Origin: Polyangiaceae bacterium
GTDB lineage: Bacteria > Myxococcota_A > Polyangia > Polyangiales > Polyangiaceae
Length of the DNA: 26,193 bases
Reading direction: 5' to 3'
Assembly: GCA_035545855.1 (NCBI GenBank)
Contig: DASZXK010000167.1
Span: 1-26,193, forward strand
Numbering within the stretch: the stretch's first letter is position 1; each line of letters starts with the position of its first letter. Under the pieces are notes generated by a model. The model saw only the letters and a program-made list of their open reading frames with translations. It was not told the DNA's origin and searched no databases. Shown here piece after piece: positions 16,340-25,744 of this stretch. The translations under genes were made by a program, and so were the position numbers.

Positions 16340-18121
16340 ATGACCGACCGCACGTTGCCTCTCCGCGGAGCCGAAAACCCCACGAGCCGGAAGCTCGGCA
16401 CGAACCCCGGATCCTTCGCGAACCGCGCCGACGTCGGCGGACCGCTCTCCTACTCGTCGCCGGACACGCCCGGGATGCCCGCGCCGAGCGAGAAGACGGC
16501 GTGGGACTTTCTGCCGGACGGCTGGGTGAAGCTCCCGGGCGAGGACCGGGCGACCGCGCCCGCCGGCTTCGTCCCGGTGACGCAGCTCGAGCACGCGCGG
16601 CTCGGCGTCGTCACTCCGGAGATGAAGCGTGTCGCCGAGCGAGAGCCGCACCTCACGGCGGAGCAGATCCGGCGCGAGGTCGCGAGCGGGCGCATGATCA
16701 TTCCGGCGAATCGCGTTCACCTTCGTCATTCGCTCGACCCGATGGGCATTGGTCGCGCCACGAAGACGAAGATCAACGCCAACATGGGCGCGTCTCCCGT
16801 CTCGAGCGACACGGAATCCGAAGTGGAGAAGCTCCGCTGGGCCGAGCGCTGGGGCTCGGACACGGTGATGGACCTTTCCACGGGGGGCGACATCGACGCC
16901 TGTCGCGAGGCCATCGTCCGGAACTCCCGCGTGCCGATCGGCACCGTGCCCATCTACTCGATGATCCTCGGCCGGAAGATCGAGGACCTGACGGAAGAGG
17001 TGATCCTCGAGGGGATTCGCCATCAGGCGGAGCAAGGCGTGGACTACTTCACCGTGCACGCCGGGGTCCTCCGCGCGCACCTCCCGTTCGTGAAGGACCG
17101 TCTCATCGGCATCGTGAGCCGCGGCGGATCCCTCCTCGCGAAGTGGATGCTCGTGCACGGGAAGGAGAACCCGATGTACGCGCGCTTCGAGGACATCTGC
17201 GACATCATGCGACAGTACGACGTCTCCTTCTCGCTCGGGGACGGCCTCCGTCCGGGCGGGCTCGGGGACGCCTCCGACGTCGCGCAGCTCTCCGAGCTCG
17301 AGACGCTCGGCGAGCTCACGGAGCGCGCCTGGCGCCGCGGGTGCCAGGTGATGGTGGAAGGGCCGGGGCACGTGCCGTTCGATCAGATCGAGTACAACAT
17401 GAAGCTCCAGCGCCGCGTGTGTCACGGCGCGCCGTTCTACGTCCTCGGGCCGCTCGTGACGGACGTGTTCCCCGGGTACGACCACATCACTTCTTGCATC
17501 GGCGCGACCGCCGCGGCGTATCACGGCGCGAGCCTCCTCTGCTACGTGACGCCGAAGGAGCACGTCGGCCTCCCGAAGAAGGACGACGTGAAGCAGGGCG
17601 CCGTCGCGTACAAGATCGCGGCGCACGCGGCGGACGTCGCGCTCGGCATCCCCGGTTCCCGCGACTGGGACGACGAGCTCACGCAGGCCCGCGCGGCCCT
17701 CAACTGGGAGAAGCACTTCGAGCTCGCGTTCGACGGCGAGTACGCGAGGGCGCTCCACGACGAGGACCTCGACGTGGACACGGACTTCTGCGGCATGTGC
17801 GGCCACGACTGGTGCTCGGTCCGCATCTCGAAGGAGATCGCGGAGTTCGGGAGCGGCAAGGCGGCCGGGTTCTCGCGCGCGGAGGTCACGAAGAGCGCCG
17901 CGCTCACGCCGGAGCAGCAGGCGGTCCTCGAGAAGCGCGGGGTGCTCTCGCCGGAAGAGATCCACCGCCTTGCGTCCAAGACGCGGAAGGCCGTCGGTGC
18001 CGACAAGGGCGCGAAGGCCGCGTGTCACAGCGACTTCGCGGAGCCGGAGGACGCCCAGCGCGTCCAGGAGAAGCGGCTCGTTCGCCTCCGGATCGCGCCG
18101 CCGGCACCGGACGCGGAGTGA
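16340..18121 (+). CDS. thiC: Phosphomethylpyrimidine synthase
   Basis: 593 aa with conserved ThiC blocks throughout and the C-terminal radical-SAM-type cluster motif CGMCGHDWCS. AAGGAG Shine-Dalgarno 7 nt upstream. Preceded by the TPP riboswitch. Confidence 0.96.
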   Translation: MTDRTLPLRGAENPTSRKLGTNPGSFANRADVGGPLSYSSPDTPGMPAPSEKTAWDFLPDGWVKLPGEDRATAPAGFVPVTQLEHARLGVVTPEMKRVAEREPHLTAEQIRREVASGRMIIPANRVHLRHSLDPMGIGRATKTKINANMGASPVSSDTESEVEKLRWAERWGSDTVMDLSTGGDIDACREAIVRNSRVPIGTVPIYSMILGRKIEDLTEEVILEGIRHQAEQGVDYFTVHAGVLRAHLPFVKDRLIGIVSRGGSLLAKWMLVHGKENPMYARFEDICDIMRQYDVSFSLGDGLRPGGLGDASDVAQLSELETLGELTERAWRRGCQVMVEGPGHVPFDQIEYNMKLQRRVCHGAPFYVLGPLVTDVFPGYDHITSCIGATAAAYHGASLLCYVTPKEHVGLPKKDDVKQGAVAYKIAAHAADVALGIPGSRDWDDELTQARAALNWEKHFELAFDGEYARALHDEDLDVDTDFCGMCGHDWCSVRISKEIAEFGSGKAAGFSRAEVTKSAALTPEQQAVLEKRGVLSPEEIHRLASKTRKAVGADKGAKAACHSDFAEPEDAQRVQEKRLVRLRIAPPAPDAE

Positions 18122-18325
18122 AACCCGAGTTCGACTCGGCGACGCCATCCTCGCGTGCAGAGGCTTCGTCGCCACGCACCTGGTCGGCGTGGTGGGGCTG
18201 ACGAGGGGTATCTCGTCCGCACCCCTGAAGAACCCGAATCGGGGTCCCCAAGTCGGGTCTTTCGGCGCTTCGCGCCCGCGGGGGCAGGTCCTGCCGTCCG
18301 GGGACGGGAGCCGAAGAGGCGTTTG

Positions 18326-19174
18326 TCAACTCGCGTCGAGCAAGCCCCGGAGCTCGGCCGGCGCGACGCGGTATTCCGTCGTGCAGTAGTCGCAGCGGAT
18401 CTCGAGCACTTCCCCGATGGAGATGAGCGATTCGATCTCACCGCGCGGGAGCGTGGAGAGCGCGGACATGACCGAGAGCCTGCTGCACCAGCACTCGAAA
18501 TGCACGTCCGTCTCCCCGAGGGGCGTGAACGGCATCGCGTAGAGGAGCTCCTCCATGAGCGACGCGGGCGAGAAATCGCGCTTCGCGAGCCGGTCGTCGA
18601 TGGAGCGGAATTCTTCCAGGCGCTCGGTCATGACCATGAGGGGCCCGCGCTTCGCGCCGGGGAGGAGCTGCACGAGGTAACCGCCGGCGGAGACCACCTC
18701 GTCTCCGTCGAAGATCGTGCCGACGGCGATCATCGTCGTCACCTGCTCGGACACCTGCATGTACTCCATCAGCGCTTCGTTGATCCCGCCGTCGGGAACC
18801 TCCACGACGCCCTGCTGCAGGCGTCCGTCGTGGAGCGTCCGCATGAGTCGGAGGAGGCTTCCCGGGCCGAGCTCGAGCGGGCCCTGGCTTTCGCTCACCA
18901 GGCCGCGCGTCTTGCCGGTCGGGTGGGAGTCCGCGACGAGCGTGCCGGTGCTCCCCTTGCCGCGCAGGATCCCCTGGACCCGGAGCTGCGGCGCCATCGT
19001 GAGCCGGAGCAGGACCACGCCGGTGATGAGATCCCCGAAGTGCCGGGCCGTCGCCCCCTTGACCCCCTGCGCGGCCAGGGCACCCCGGACGGTGCGCGTC
19101 GTGTCCGCCGTGACGACCCGGAAGGTGCCGTCGTCCGTCATGGCGCGGAAGACCGAATCCGTGGCTTCGCCCAT
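18326..19174 (-). CDS. hslO: Redox-regulated chaperone Hsp33
   Basis: C-terminal zinc-binding redox switch CWCSRL ... CDYCTTEY (CxC-N27-33-CxxC). 282 aa, typical Hsp33 length. Confidence 0.88.
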   Translation of the reverse strand: MGEATDSVFRAMTDDGTFRVVTADTTRTVRGALAAQGVKGATARHFGDLITGVVLLRLTMAPQLRVQGILRGKGSTGTLVADSHPTGKTRGLVSESQGPLELGPGSLLRLMRTLHDGRLQQGVVEVPDGGINEALMEYMQVSEQVTTMIAVGTIFDGDEVVSAGGYLVQLLPGAKRGPLMVMTERLEEFRSIDDRLAKRDFSPASLMEELLYAMPFTPLGETDVHFECWCSRLSVMSALSTLPRGEIESLISIGEVLEIRCDYCTTEYRVAPAELRGLLDAS

Positions 19175-19246
19175 CAGAGACGAAGAGCGTACCGCCGGCG
19201 GTCCCGGTTCGCCATGCGGGATGCCGGACGCGGCCCGTTTGCCTGC

Positions 19247-19432
19247 CTAGTTCGAGTTGGCGGTCTCGTCGTCTTCGGGAGTCTCTTCCCGAGGAGACGA
19301 GAACCGGTAGCGCTCGTTCAACCAGTTGTCGAGGTCCGCGAGCTTGCACCGCGGCGAGCAGAAGGGGCGCGGCGGGAAGTCTTCCGGGGCGTCTTCCAGG
19401 ACCTTCCGGCACATGGGGCATACGATCCGCAT
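19247..19432 (-). CDS. yacG: DNA gyrase inhibitor YacG (zinc-binding)
   Basis: 61 aa with CPMCRK ... FCSPRCKLADLDNWL (CxxC-N15-CxxxC plus the conserved DL..W), followed by an acidic tail. Confidence 0.8.
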   Translation of the reverse strand: MRIVCPMCRKVLEDAPEDFPPRPFCSPRCKLADLDNWLNERYRFSSPREETPEDDETANSN

Positions 19433-19497
19433 GGCACCGAAAGGCTACCACGGCGGCCTTGCAGTGCGGCCGCTCCTGACGAAAGCTCCTCGCCCTC

Positions 19498-21573
19498 ATG
19501 GCTTCGGACCTCTTCCTCGAGATCGGCGTCGAGGAGCTCCCCGCATCCTTCGTGAAATCGGCGCTGGACGCGCTCCCGGCGCTCGTCACGGCGCGGCTCT
19601 CGGAGCTCCGTCTGACGCACGGTTCGGTACGCGCGCTCGGCACTCCCCGGCGCCTCGCCGTCGTCGTCGAGGGCGTCCTGGAGACGCAGCCCGATCTCGC
19701 CGAGGAAGTGCTGGGTCCGCCGGCGCGCGTCGCGTTCGACGCCGAAAAGAAGCCGACCCGCGCGGCCGAGGCGTTCGCGACGAAGAACGGCGTTCCGCTC
19801 GACGCGCTGTTCGTGAAGGAGACGCCGAAGGGCGACTACGTCGCCGCGCGCCGCACGGAGATGGGCGCGCCCGCCGTCGAACTCCTCGGCAAGGCGCTCG
19901 AGCGCGTCTGCGGCGAGATCCCGTTCCGGAAGTCGATGCGCTGGGGCACGGGGGACGTCGCGTTCGGCCGTCCGGTGCGCTGGCTCGTGGGCCTCTTCGG
20001 GGACAGAGAGCTGTCGTTCGAGTTCGCGGGGCTCCGGTCCGGTCGGACGACGGAGGGTCACCGGTTCCTCGGAGGTGGGCCCCTCCGCATCGAGCGGGCG
20101 AAGGACTACGTCGGCGCGCTCCGCGCGAAGCACGTCCTCGTGGATCCCGCGGAGCGAGCGAAGGTCATGATGGACCGCCTTCGCGCCGAGGCGAAGGCGA
20201 TCGGCGGCGTGCTCATCGAGGACGACTTCCTCGTGGAGGAGAACCTCTCGCTCGTGGAAGAGCCGCACGTCGTCGCGGGCGGGTTCGATCCGGCGTTCCT
20301 GGCGCTTCCCGAGCGGGTCATCCTGGACGTCGCGAAGGGTCACCAGCGCTACTTCGGCGTCCGCGCCGCGGACGGGTCGCTCATGCCGCGGTACCTCGCC
20401 GTCGTGAACACCGCGGAAAAGCCGGACAACGTCCGCCGCGGGAACGACCGTGTGATGCGCGCGCGCCTCTCGGACGCGAAATTCTTCTACGACGAGGACC
20501 GGAAGACGAAGCTCTCCGCCCGCGCGGAAAAACTCGACGGCATCGTCTTCCACAAGCGCCTCGGGACGGTGGGAGACAAGGTCCGGCGGCTCTCGCGTCT
20601 CGTCCGGGAGCTCGGCGCCGCGCTCGGGCTCTCGAAGGACGTCATCGAGACGGCCGAGGCCGGCGTCCTCCTCGCGAAGTGCGATCTCGTGACGCTCATG
20701 GTCGGAGAGCTCCCCGAGCTCCAGGGCGAGATGGGCCGGGCCTACGCGCTCGCCGAGGGCGTCCGGAAGGAAATCGCGGACGTCGTCAGCGAGCACTACT
20801 TGCCGCGCGGCGCCGACGATGCGTGCGCCCCGAGCGACGCCGGCGCGCTCGTCGCGATAGCCGACAGGCTCGACACGCTCACCGGCGCGTGTGCGATCAA
20901 CGCGATGCCGACGGGCTCGGCGGATCCGCTCGCGCTTCGTCGCGCGGCGATCGGCGTGCTCCGGACGCTCCTCGAGCGCGCCTGGGACCTGGACGTTCCG
21001 GCTGCGGTGCGCGCCGCGTACGGCGGCTTCTCCGGCGTGAAGCTCGACCTCGACGGCGCCGCGACCGCGGAGCGGCTCGCCGCGTTCCTCGCCCAGCGCC
21101 TCCGCGGCATCCTCGGCGCGGAGCTCGCGGGGGACGTCGTGGACGCCTGCATCGCCGTGAACCACGACCGCCCGGTGGACGTCGCTCGCCGCGCCCGCGC
21201 GGTCTCCACCCTGGACCCTGCCGTCCGTCAGTCGGTCGGGGAGGTCTTCAAGCGCGCGAACAACATCGCGAAGGACGCGAAGGAGGGGAGCCCCGTCCCC
21301 CCCGAGACGCTCGGGGGCGAGACGAACCCGTCCGAGAAGGCGCTCTTCGAGGCGTTCGGGAAGCTCCGGGTGACGCTCGCTCCGGGCGCGGACCCGGCGA
21401 AGAGCCTCGCCGCCATCGCGGATTTCGCGCCGGTGCTGGCGAAGTTCTTCACGGACGTCTTCGTCATGGTGGACGACGAGAAGGTCCGCGAAAACCGCCT
21501 CCGCCTCATGCGGGACATCCAGCGCACGGCCGGAACGCTCGCCGCGTTCAACCTGCTCGCGAAGGAACCCTGA
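19498..21573 (+). CDS. glyS: Glycine--tRNA ligase beta subunit
   Basis: N-terminal MASDLFLEIGVEELPASFV is the canonical GlyS start. 691 aa. Confidence 0.95.
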   Translation: MASDLFLEIGVEELPASFVKSALDALPALVTARLSELRLTHGSVRALGTPRRLAVVVEGVLETQPDLAEEVLGPPARVAFDAEKKPTRAAEAFATKNGVPLDALFVKETPKGDYVAARRTEMGAPAVELLGKALERVCGEIPFRKSMRWGTGDVAFGRPVRWLVGLFGDRELSFEFAGLRSGRTTEGHRFLGGGPLRIERAKDYVGALRAKHVLVDPAERAKVMMDRLRAEAKAIGGVLIEDDFLVEENLSLVEEPHVVAGGFDPAFLALPERVILDVAKGHQRYFGVRAADGSLMPRYLAVVNTAEKPDNVRRGNDRVMRARLSDAKFFYDEDRKTKLSARAEKLDGIVFHKRLGTVGDKVRRLSRLVRELGAALGLSKDVIETAEAGVLLAKCDLVTLMVGELPELQGEMGRAYALAEGVRKEIADVVSEHYLPRGADDACAPSDAGALVAIADRLDTLTGACAINAMPTGSADPLALRRAAIGVLRTLLERAWDLDVPAAVRAAYGGFSGVKLDLDGAATAERLAAFLAQRLRGILGAELAGDVVDACIAVNHDRPVDVARRARAVSTLDPAVRQSVGEVFKRANNIAKDAKEGSPVPPETLGGETNPSEKALFEAFGKLRVTLAPGADPAKSLAAIADFAPVLAKFFTDVFVMVDDEKVRENRLRLMRDIQRTAGTLAAFNLLAKEP

Positions 21574-21597
21574 ACGGGCCGCGGCGAGCGCCGCGAT

Positions 21598-22878
21598 TCA
21601 GCTCTCGGCGAGCGCCTGCGTCGCGGCGTCGATCGTCCGGTCGATGTCGGCTTCGGTGTGAGCGGCGGAGAGAAACGCCGCCTCGAACTGCGACGGCGGC
21701 CAGTACACGCCGCGCGAGGTGAGCCCCTGGTGGAACCTGCCGAAGCGCTTCGTGTCGCTCTTCTCGGCGTCCTTCCAGGAGCGGACGGGGCCGTCGTGGA
21801 AAAACAGCGTGAGCATCGAGCCGACCCGCTGCACGACGCCCGTCCCCTTCGTCTTCCCGAGCCCTTCGCGGAGGCCCGCCTCGAGTCGCGCGCCGAGGCG
21901 TTCCAGCGTCTCGTAGACGGAAGCATCGAGCCGTTCGAGCGTCGCGATTCCGGCCGTGACGGCGAGCGGATTGCCGCTGAGCGTCCCCGCTTGGTACACG
22001 GGGCCGATGGGCGCGACGTTCTTCATGATGTCGCGACGTCCACCGTAGACCGCGAGGGGCATTCCCCCGCCGACGACCTTGCCGAGGCACGTCATCTGCG
22101 GCCGGAGGCCGAAGCGTTCCTGGGCGCCGCCGCGGGCGAGACGCGATCCGGTCATGACCTCGTCGAAGATGGAGACCGCGCCGTGCTTCTCGCAGAGGTC
22201 GATGATCGCCTCGAGGAAGCCGGGGACCGGCGGCACGCACCCCATGTTCCCCGCCACCGGCTCGACGATGACCGCCGCGATGCGCGAGCCTTCTCGCTCG
22301 AAGAGCTCCGTCAGCGCTCCCACGTCGTTGTACGGCGCGGTCACGGTGCTGGAGACCGTCGCGGCCGGAACTCCGGCGGAGTCCGGCGCGCCGAACGTCG
22401 CCGCTCCGCTCCCGGCCTTCACGAGGAGCGCGTCCGCGTGCCCGTGGTAGGCGCCGTCGAACTTCACGATGACGTCCCGCTTCGTCGCGCCGCGCGCGAC
22501 GCGGAGCGCGCTCATGGTCGCTTCCGTCCCGCTCGAGACGCACCGGAGCATCTCCATGGAGGGGTAGATCTTCGTGACGAGCTCGGCGAAGCGCACCTCG
22601 AGCTCCGTCGGAGCGCCGAACGAGAGCCCCCCCTCCGCGGCCTGCTGCACCGCGCGGACGACGTCCGGGTGCGCGTGTCCGAGGATCGCCGGCCCCCAGC
22701 TCCCGACGTAGTCGATGTACTCGCGGTCGTCCGCGCCGACGATGCGCGCGCCCTTCGCCCGCTTCACGAACACCGGGTGTCCGCCCACGGCACGAAACGC
22801 GCGGACCGGGCTGTTCACCCCGCCGGGTAGGAGCTTCTCGGCGCGCTCGAGGAGGGACTGGGAGACGGCGTCGGACAT
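21598..22878 (-). CDS. hemL: Glutamate-1-semialdehyde 2,1-aminomutase
   Basis: N-terminal LLPGGVNSPVRAF and the class-III aminotransferase blocks (YDGAYHGH, the FDEVMTG region). Trimmed to the ATG at 22878 (MSDAVSQSLLERAEKLLPGG). Confidence 0.94.
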   Translation of the reverse strand: MSDAVSQSLLERAEKLLPGGVNSPVRAFRAVGGHPVFVKRAKGARIVGADDREYIDYVGSWGPAILGHAHPDVVRAVQQAAEGGLSFGAPTELEVRFAELVTKIYPSMEMLRCVSSGTEATMSALRVARGATKRDVIVKFDGAYHGHADALLVKAGSGAATFGAPDSAGVPAATVSSTVTAPYNDVGALTELFEREGSRIAAVIVEPVAGNMGCVPPVPGFLEAIIDLCEKHGAVSIFDEVMTGSRLARGGAQERFGLRPQMTCLGKVVGGGMPLAVYGGRRDIMKNVAPIGPVYQAGTLSGNPLAVTAGIATLERLDASVYETLERLGARLEAGLREGLGKTKGTGVVQRVGSMLTLFFHDGPVRSWKDAEKSDTKRFGRFHQGLTSRGVYWPPSQFEAAFLSAAHTEADIDRTIDAATQALAES

Positions 22879-22952
22879 GCGAGCGACGCTAGCACCGGTC
22901 CGGCGCGGCGCGCGCAGGCCCATCGCCGGAGCTTCCCGTCCGGCGCGAGCGA

Positions 22953-22988
22953 GGGGGGGGCTTGCGAGCGATATTCCAAACTGGAATA
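22953..22988. repeat. Copy A of an inverted-repeat element: G8 tract + 9 nt + GATATTCCAAACTGGAATA (a 7-3-7 palindrome). Lies in the hemL promoter region, 3' of the large lipoprotein gene.
   Basis: Read directly: gaGGGGGGGGcttgcgagcGATATTCCAAACTGGAATAca. It is AT-rich in a 70% GC background. Confidence 0.8.
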
Positions 22989-23085
22989 CAGACACGCGGC
23001 CCCCGACGGCCCGGTGACGCGTTCAGTCGGCGCCGCAGACGGCCAGCGCCCGCTTCGCTTGACGCGACGGTGTTGGCCCCGGCGG

Positions 23086-25689
23086 TCAAACACGGGCGCG
23101 CCGTCTGCTGCGTAGCAGCAGGGCCGCGACGAGCCCCCACGCCGCGGTGGCCGACGAAGTCTTCGACTGTACTGTGCGGCACCCGCACCCACCGGGATCG
23201 ACCGGGAGATGGCTCTGATCGCCCGGCAGCCCGCTAGAATCTGGTGCCGCGCTCGCGTCGTGGCGGTGTCCAGCATCGGGTCGTGAAGGGAGCCCGCCCG
23301 CTTCGCGCGGCATGGATGAATCGAGCCTACTCACGGAGGAGTCGCGGCTCGCCACGACGGCGTCGCGGACTCCGGAGTCCGTTGGCTTCTTGCCGGCGTC
23401 TCCGTCGGCACTCGCGTCTTCCGGGACGGCGCTGTCCGCGATTGCCGCATCGTGCGTGCCGGTCGAGACTGCTCCATCACGGCAACAGTCATCCCCCGTG
23501 TCGCCTGGCCGAGCGTCGCCGGGACTCGCATCGACAGTCGACTCGAGTCCGCCATCAGGAGCGAGGCCGAACAAGCGCAGACCGATCCGTGGTGTCGGAC
23601 CCGCCACGGATGAGAATGCGAACAGCGCTTCCCCTTGAATTCGGCTCGCTCCAGATGTCCACGGGAAAAAGGGCGATGAATCGAAGGTCGCGGGGGGGCC
23701 GAATTCTTCGGCGCTTTCGCTCGCGATGGTCACGCGGCCGCGAGCCGCGCGTCCGTCCCCACCCACGACGAACAACCGTCGACCGTCCGCGATGACGATG
23801 GAGCTGGAGGGCAAGGAATCGCTGAAAACGGGCGTTCCGAAAGTCCAGGATCCCGCTGTCTTCGTCAGAGTCGCGAGTCCGGTGCTGCAGGACAGCACGA
23901 AGCCGGCCCCGACCGGGGCGATTCCGCTGGCCGAAGAGCTGCACGGGGAGCCCAGCGCCTCGGCCGAAGCCCCGCCGGATTCCAGGACGTAGAGCGCACC
24001 GTTGTCGCTGAATGCTTCAGCGGAGCCGTTTTCCGAGAAGGCCGTGATCTGATATGGCGTTCCCGGAATCCCGCGCTCCGGTGCCGCGCCGCCATCCGAA
24101 GAAAGGTCAGTGCGTGCGAGGAAGCCGCCGGAGAAGCTCTTGCATCCATCGCCGCCCTCCCAGTACTCGTGCAGGCCGCCCAAAGTCCCGATCTGGTGTG
24201 CGCCGATGCCATCGAACGGCCCTGCGACGAGCAATGGTCGTGCATCGAGCAAACTCCCATTCGCGGCCATGCGAAGCGCGACGACGGCATCCTTCAGCAG
24301 ACCCCGTTCGATCCAGGTGATCCAGTAGGTCGATCCATCGAACGCGACCTGCGGCTCGACCTGGTCCATGAACGGTTCAGCCGTCCGGCGGGGGAGAACG
24401 AGGGGCGGCGAATCCAGGAAGACGCCCGACGGGGTGACGCGTGTTGCAACGATTTCCGAGCGGCGCCCGCGCAGGCTTTCCCACGCAACGAGGTAGGTCG
24501 AGCCGTCTGTCGCGACGACGGGGGCTGTCTGGCTATCCTCCGCCGTGCGACCGCCGATTTCGACCTCCCGGATGGGAGTTCCGTCCTTCGCGATCCGCAC
24601 CGCGATCGAGTCGTGTGGGCCACGCCAGGTCGCGAGATGGGTGAATCCGTCGAACGCGATCATCGATTCCGTGCCCGTCGCCCAGGGCGACGACGAAACC
24701 GGCGTGACCCCGGAAACCGCACCGTTCGCGATCCGCACGGCAACGACGGTGGAGTCATCACGCGCGAGCACGACGAAGGTTGATCCGTCCGAGTCAGCGG
24801 CGCCGACTCGTTGATCGGGCGCGAGCGTCAGCATCGGCGAGATCGGGGTCCCGTCTTTTGGATCTAGGAACACCGCGCGCACGGCGGTGACCGGTCCGGC
24901 CTTGCACCACACGGATCCATCTGGGTCGGGCGTCGGCGCGGTTGCCGTCCAGGCGTATAGGCATTCGGCGTTCGTGCACGCGAGCGCGGCGGGTTCATAG
25001 AACGCCGTCTCGCCCAGCGGAATGTCCTGCTCGATCTCCGCGCCGTCGGTCTCGCGGACACCCCGAAGTCGCAACTCCTGGCTCGAACAGGCGGTGTCCG
25101 CGCAGGCACGCGCCGCATACCAGTAGTTGCCGCCGCTGAACGCACGACCGTCGATGCGTAGAGTAAAGAGCCCGATGGCCGTGCTTCCGAGGTACGTTCC
25201 GAACGAGTCGAAACGGTTGACGGAACCGTCCCACAAGGCGAATCCGTCAGCCCCGGCAACCGGTAGAGAACCCTGGACGATGGCAACCGGCGTCGTGCTA
25301 CCGGATTGATCGAGCCAAAAGGGCTTCGTCGACATCGCAAGGAACCGGGAACCAATGAAGGCGACTCCGCTTCCACCTCCCGGAATGCCTACGACGTCCA
25401 GGTTCGTGCCGTTTGCATCGATTCGATGGAGGCGGATCCCGGAATCGGTCTGGAGTTCCACGAGCGTCACGCCGCCGCCGGCTGCGATTCCGATCGGCCA
25501 GCTACGGGGTGCGGTGGGCACGGATGCGCCCGGCGTACGCCACTCCTTTGACACGACCGGCACCTCCAAGAGGGGCGCTCTCGTGGTTCCTGTTTCCACG
25601 GACGATCGCGGCAAGGGATCGGCGCAGCCCGAGAGTATCAGGGCGCCGGTCAGTGCCCAGATCCCTTGCAATCGAACCTCCTCGGGCAT
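23086..25689 (-). CDS. Large secreted lipoprotein with internal ~50-aa repeats and a C-terminal MYXO-CTERM-type sorting tail
   Basis: N-terminal signal plus lipobox (WALTGALILSGC). Repeats carry a DGSTYLVAW ... VAxRIxxDGT consensus. The C-terminus is GGCGCRTVQ ... AAWGLVAALLLRSRRRARV (GCGC, hydrophobic stretch, then a poly-Arg tail). 867 aa. Confidence 0.8.
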   Translation of the reverse strand: MPEEVRLQGIWALTGALILSGCADPLPRSSVETGTTRAPLLEVPVVSKEWRTPGASVPTAPRSWPIGIAAGGGVTLVELQTDSGIRLHRIDANGTNLDVVGIPGGGSGVAFIGSRFLAMSTKPFWLDQSGSTTPVAIVQGSLPVAGADGFALWDGSVNRFDSFGTYLGSTAIGLFTLRIDGRAFSGGNYWYAARACADTACSSQELRLRGVRETDGAEIEQDIPLGETAFYEPAALACTNAECLYAWTATAPTPDPDGSVWCKAGPVTAVRAVFLDPKDGTPISPMLTLAPDQRVGAADSDGSTFVVLARDDSTVVAVRIANGAVSGVTPVSSSPWATGTESMIAFDGFTHLATWRGPHDSIAVRIAKDGTPIREVEIGGRTAEDSQTAPVVATDGSTYLVAWESLRGRRSEIVATRVTPSGVFLDSPPLVLPRRTAEPFMDQVEPQVAFDGSTYWITWIERGLLKDAVVALRMAANGSLLDARPLLVAGPFDGIGAHQIGTLGGLHEYWEGGDGCKSFSGGFLARTDLSSDGGAAPERGIPGTPYQITAFSENGSAEAFSDNGALYVLESGGASAEALGSPCSSSASGIAPVGAGFVLSCSTGLATLTKTAGSWTFGTPVFSDSLPSSSIVIADGRRLFVVGGDGRAARGRVTIASESAEEFGPPATFDSSPFFPWTSGASRIQGEALFAFSSVAGPTPRIGLRLFGLAPDGGLESTVDASPGDARPGDTGDDCCRDGAVSTGTHDAAIADSAVPEDASADGDAGKKPTDSGVRDAVVASRDSSVSRLDSSMPREAGGLPSRPDAGHRHDASAAPDSSGLPGDQSHLPVDPGGCGCRTVQSKTSSATAAWGLVAALLLRSRRRARV

Positions 25690-25744
25690 GGGAATGCCTT
25701 ATCCGAAACCCAAACCCGCTGCCACGTCTTGCCCAGGTCGCGAG

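Noticed and set aside
18122-18325. A tRNA or small RNA in the thiC/hslO convergent intergenic region (CCCGAATCGGGG looks T-loop-like)
   Set aside because: No cloverleaf could be built. The motif is a short palindrome and not a GTTCGAATC T-arm. The region is more likely terminators.
16169-19643. Long ORFs 16169..18175 (-), 16501..18201 (+), 18155..19555 (+) and 18438..19643 (-)
   Set aside because: They are off-frame or antisense to thiC, hslO and yacG. Their compositions are Arg/Pro/Gly-dominated. The real genes are strongly recognisable in other frames.
19318-22830. ORFs 19318..21165 (-), 19326..21722 (+), 21548..22543 (-) and 21658..22830 (+)
   Set aside because: They are off-frame or antisense to glyS and hemL. 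Arg-rich low-complexity products.
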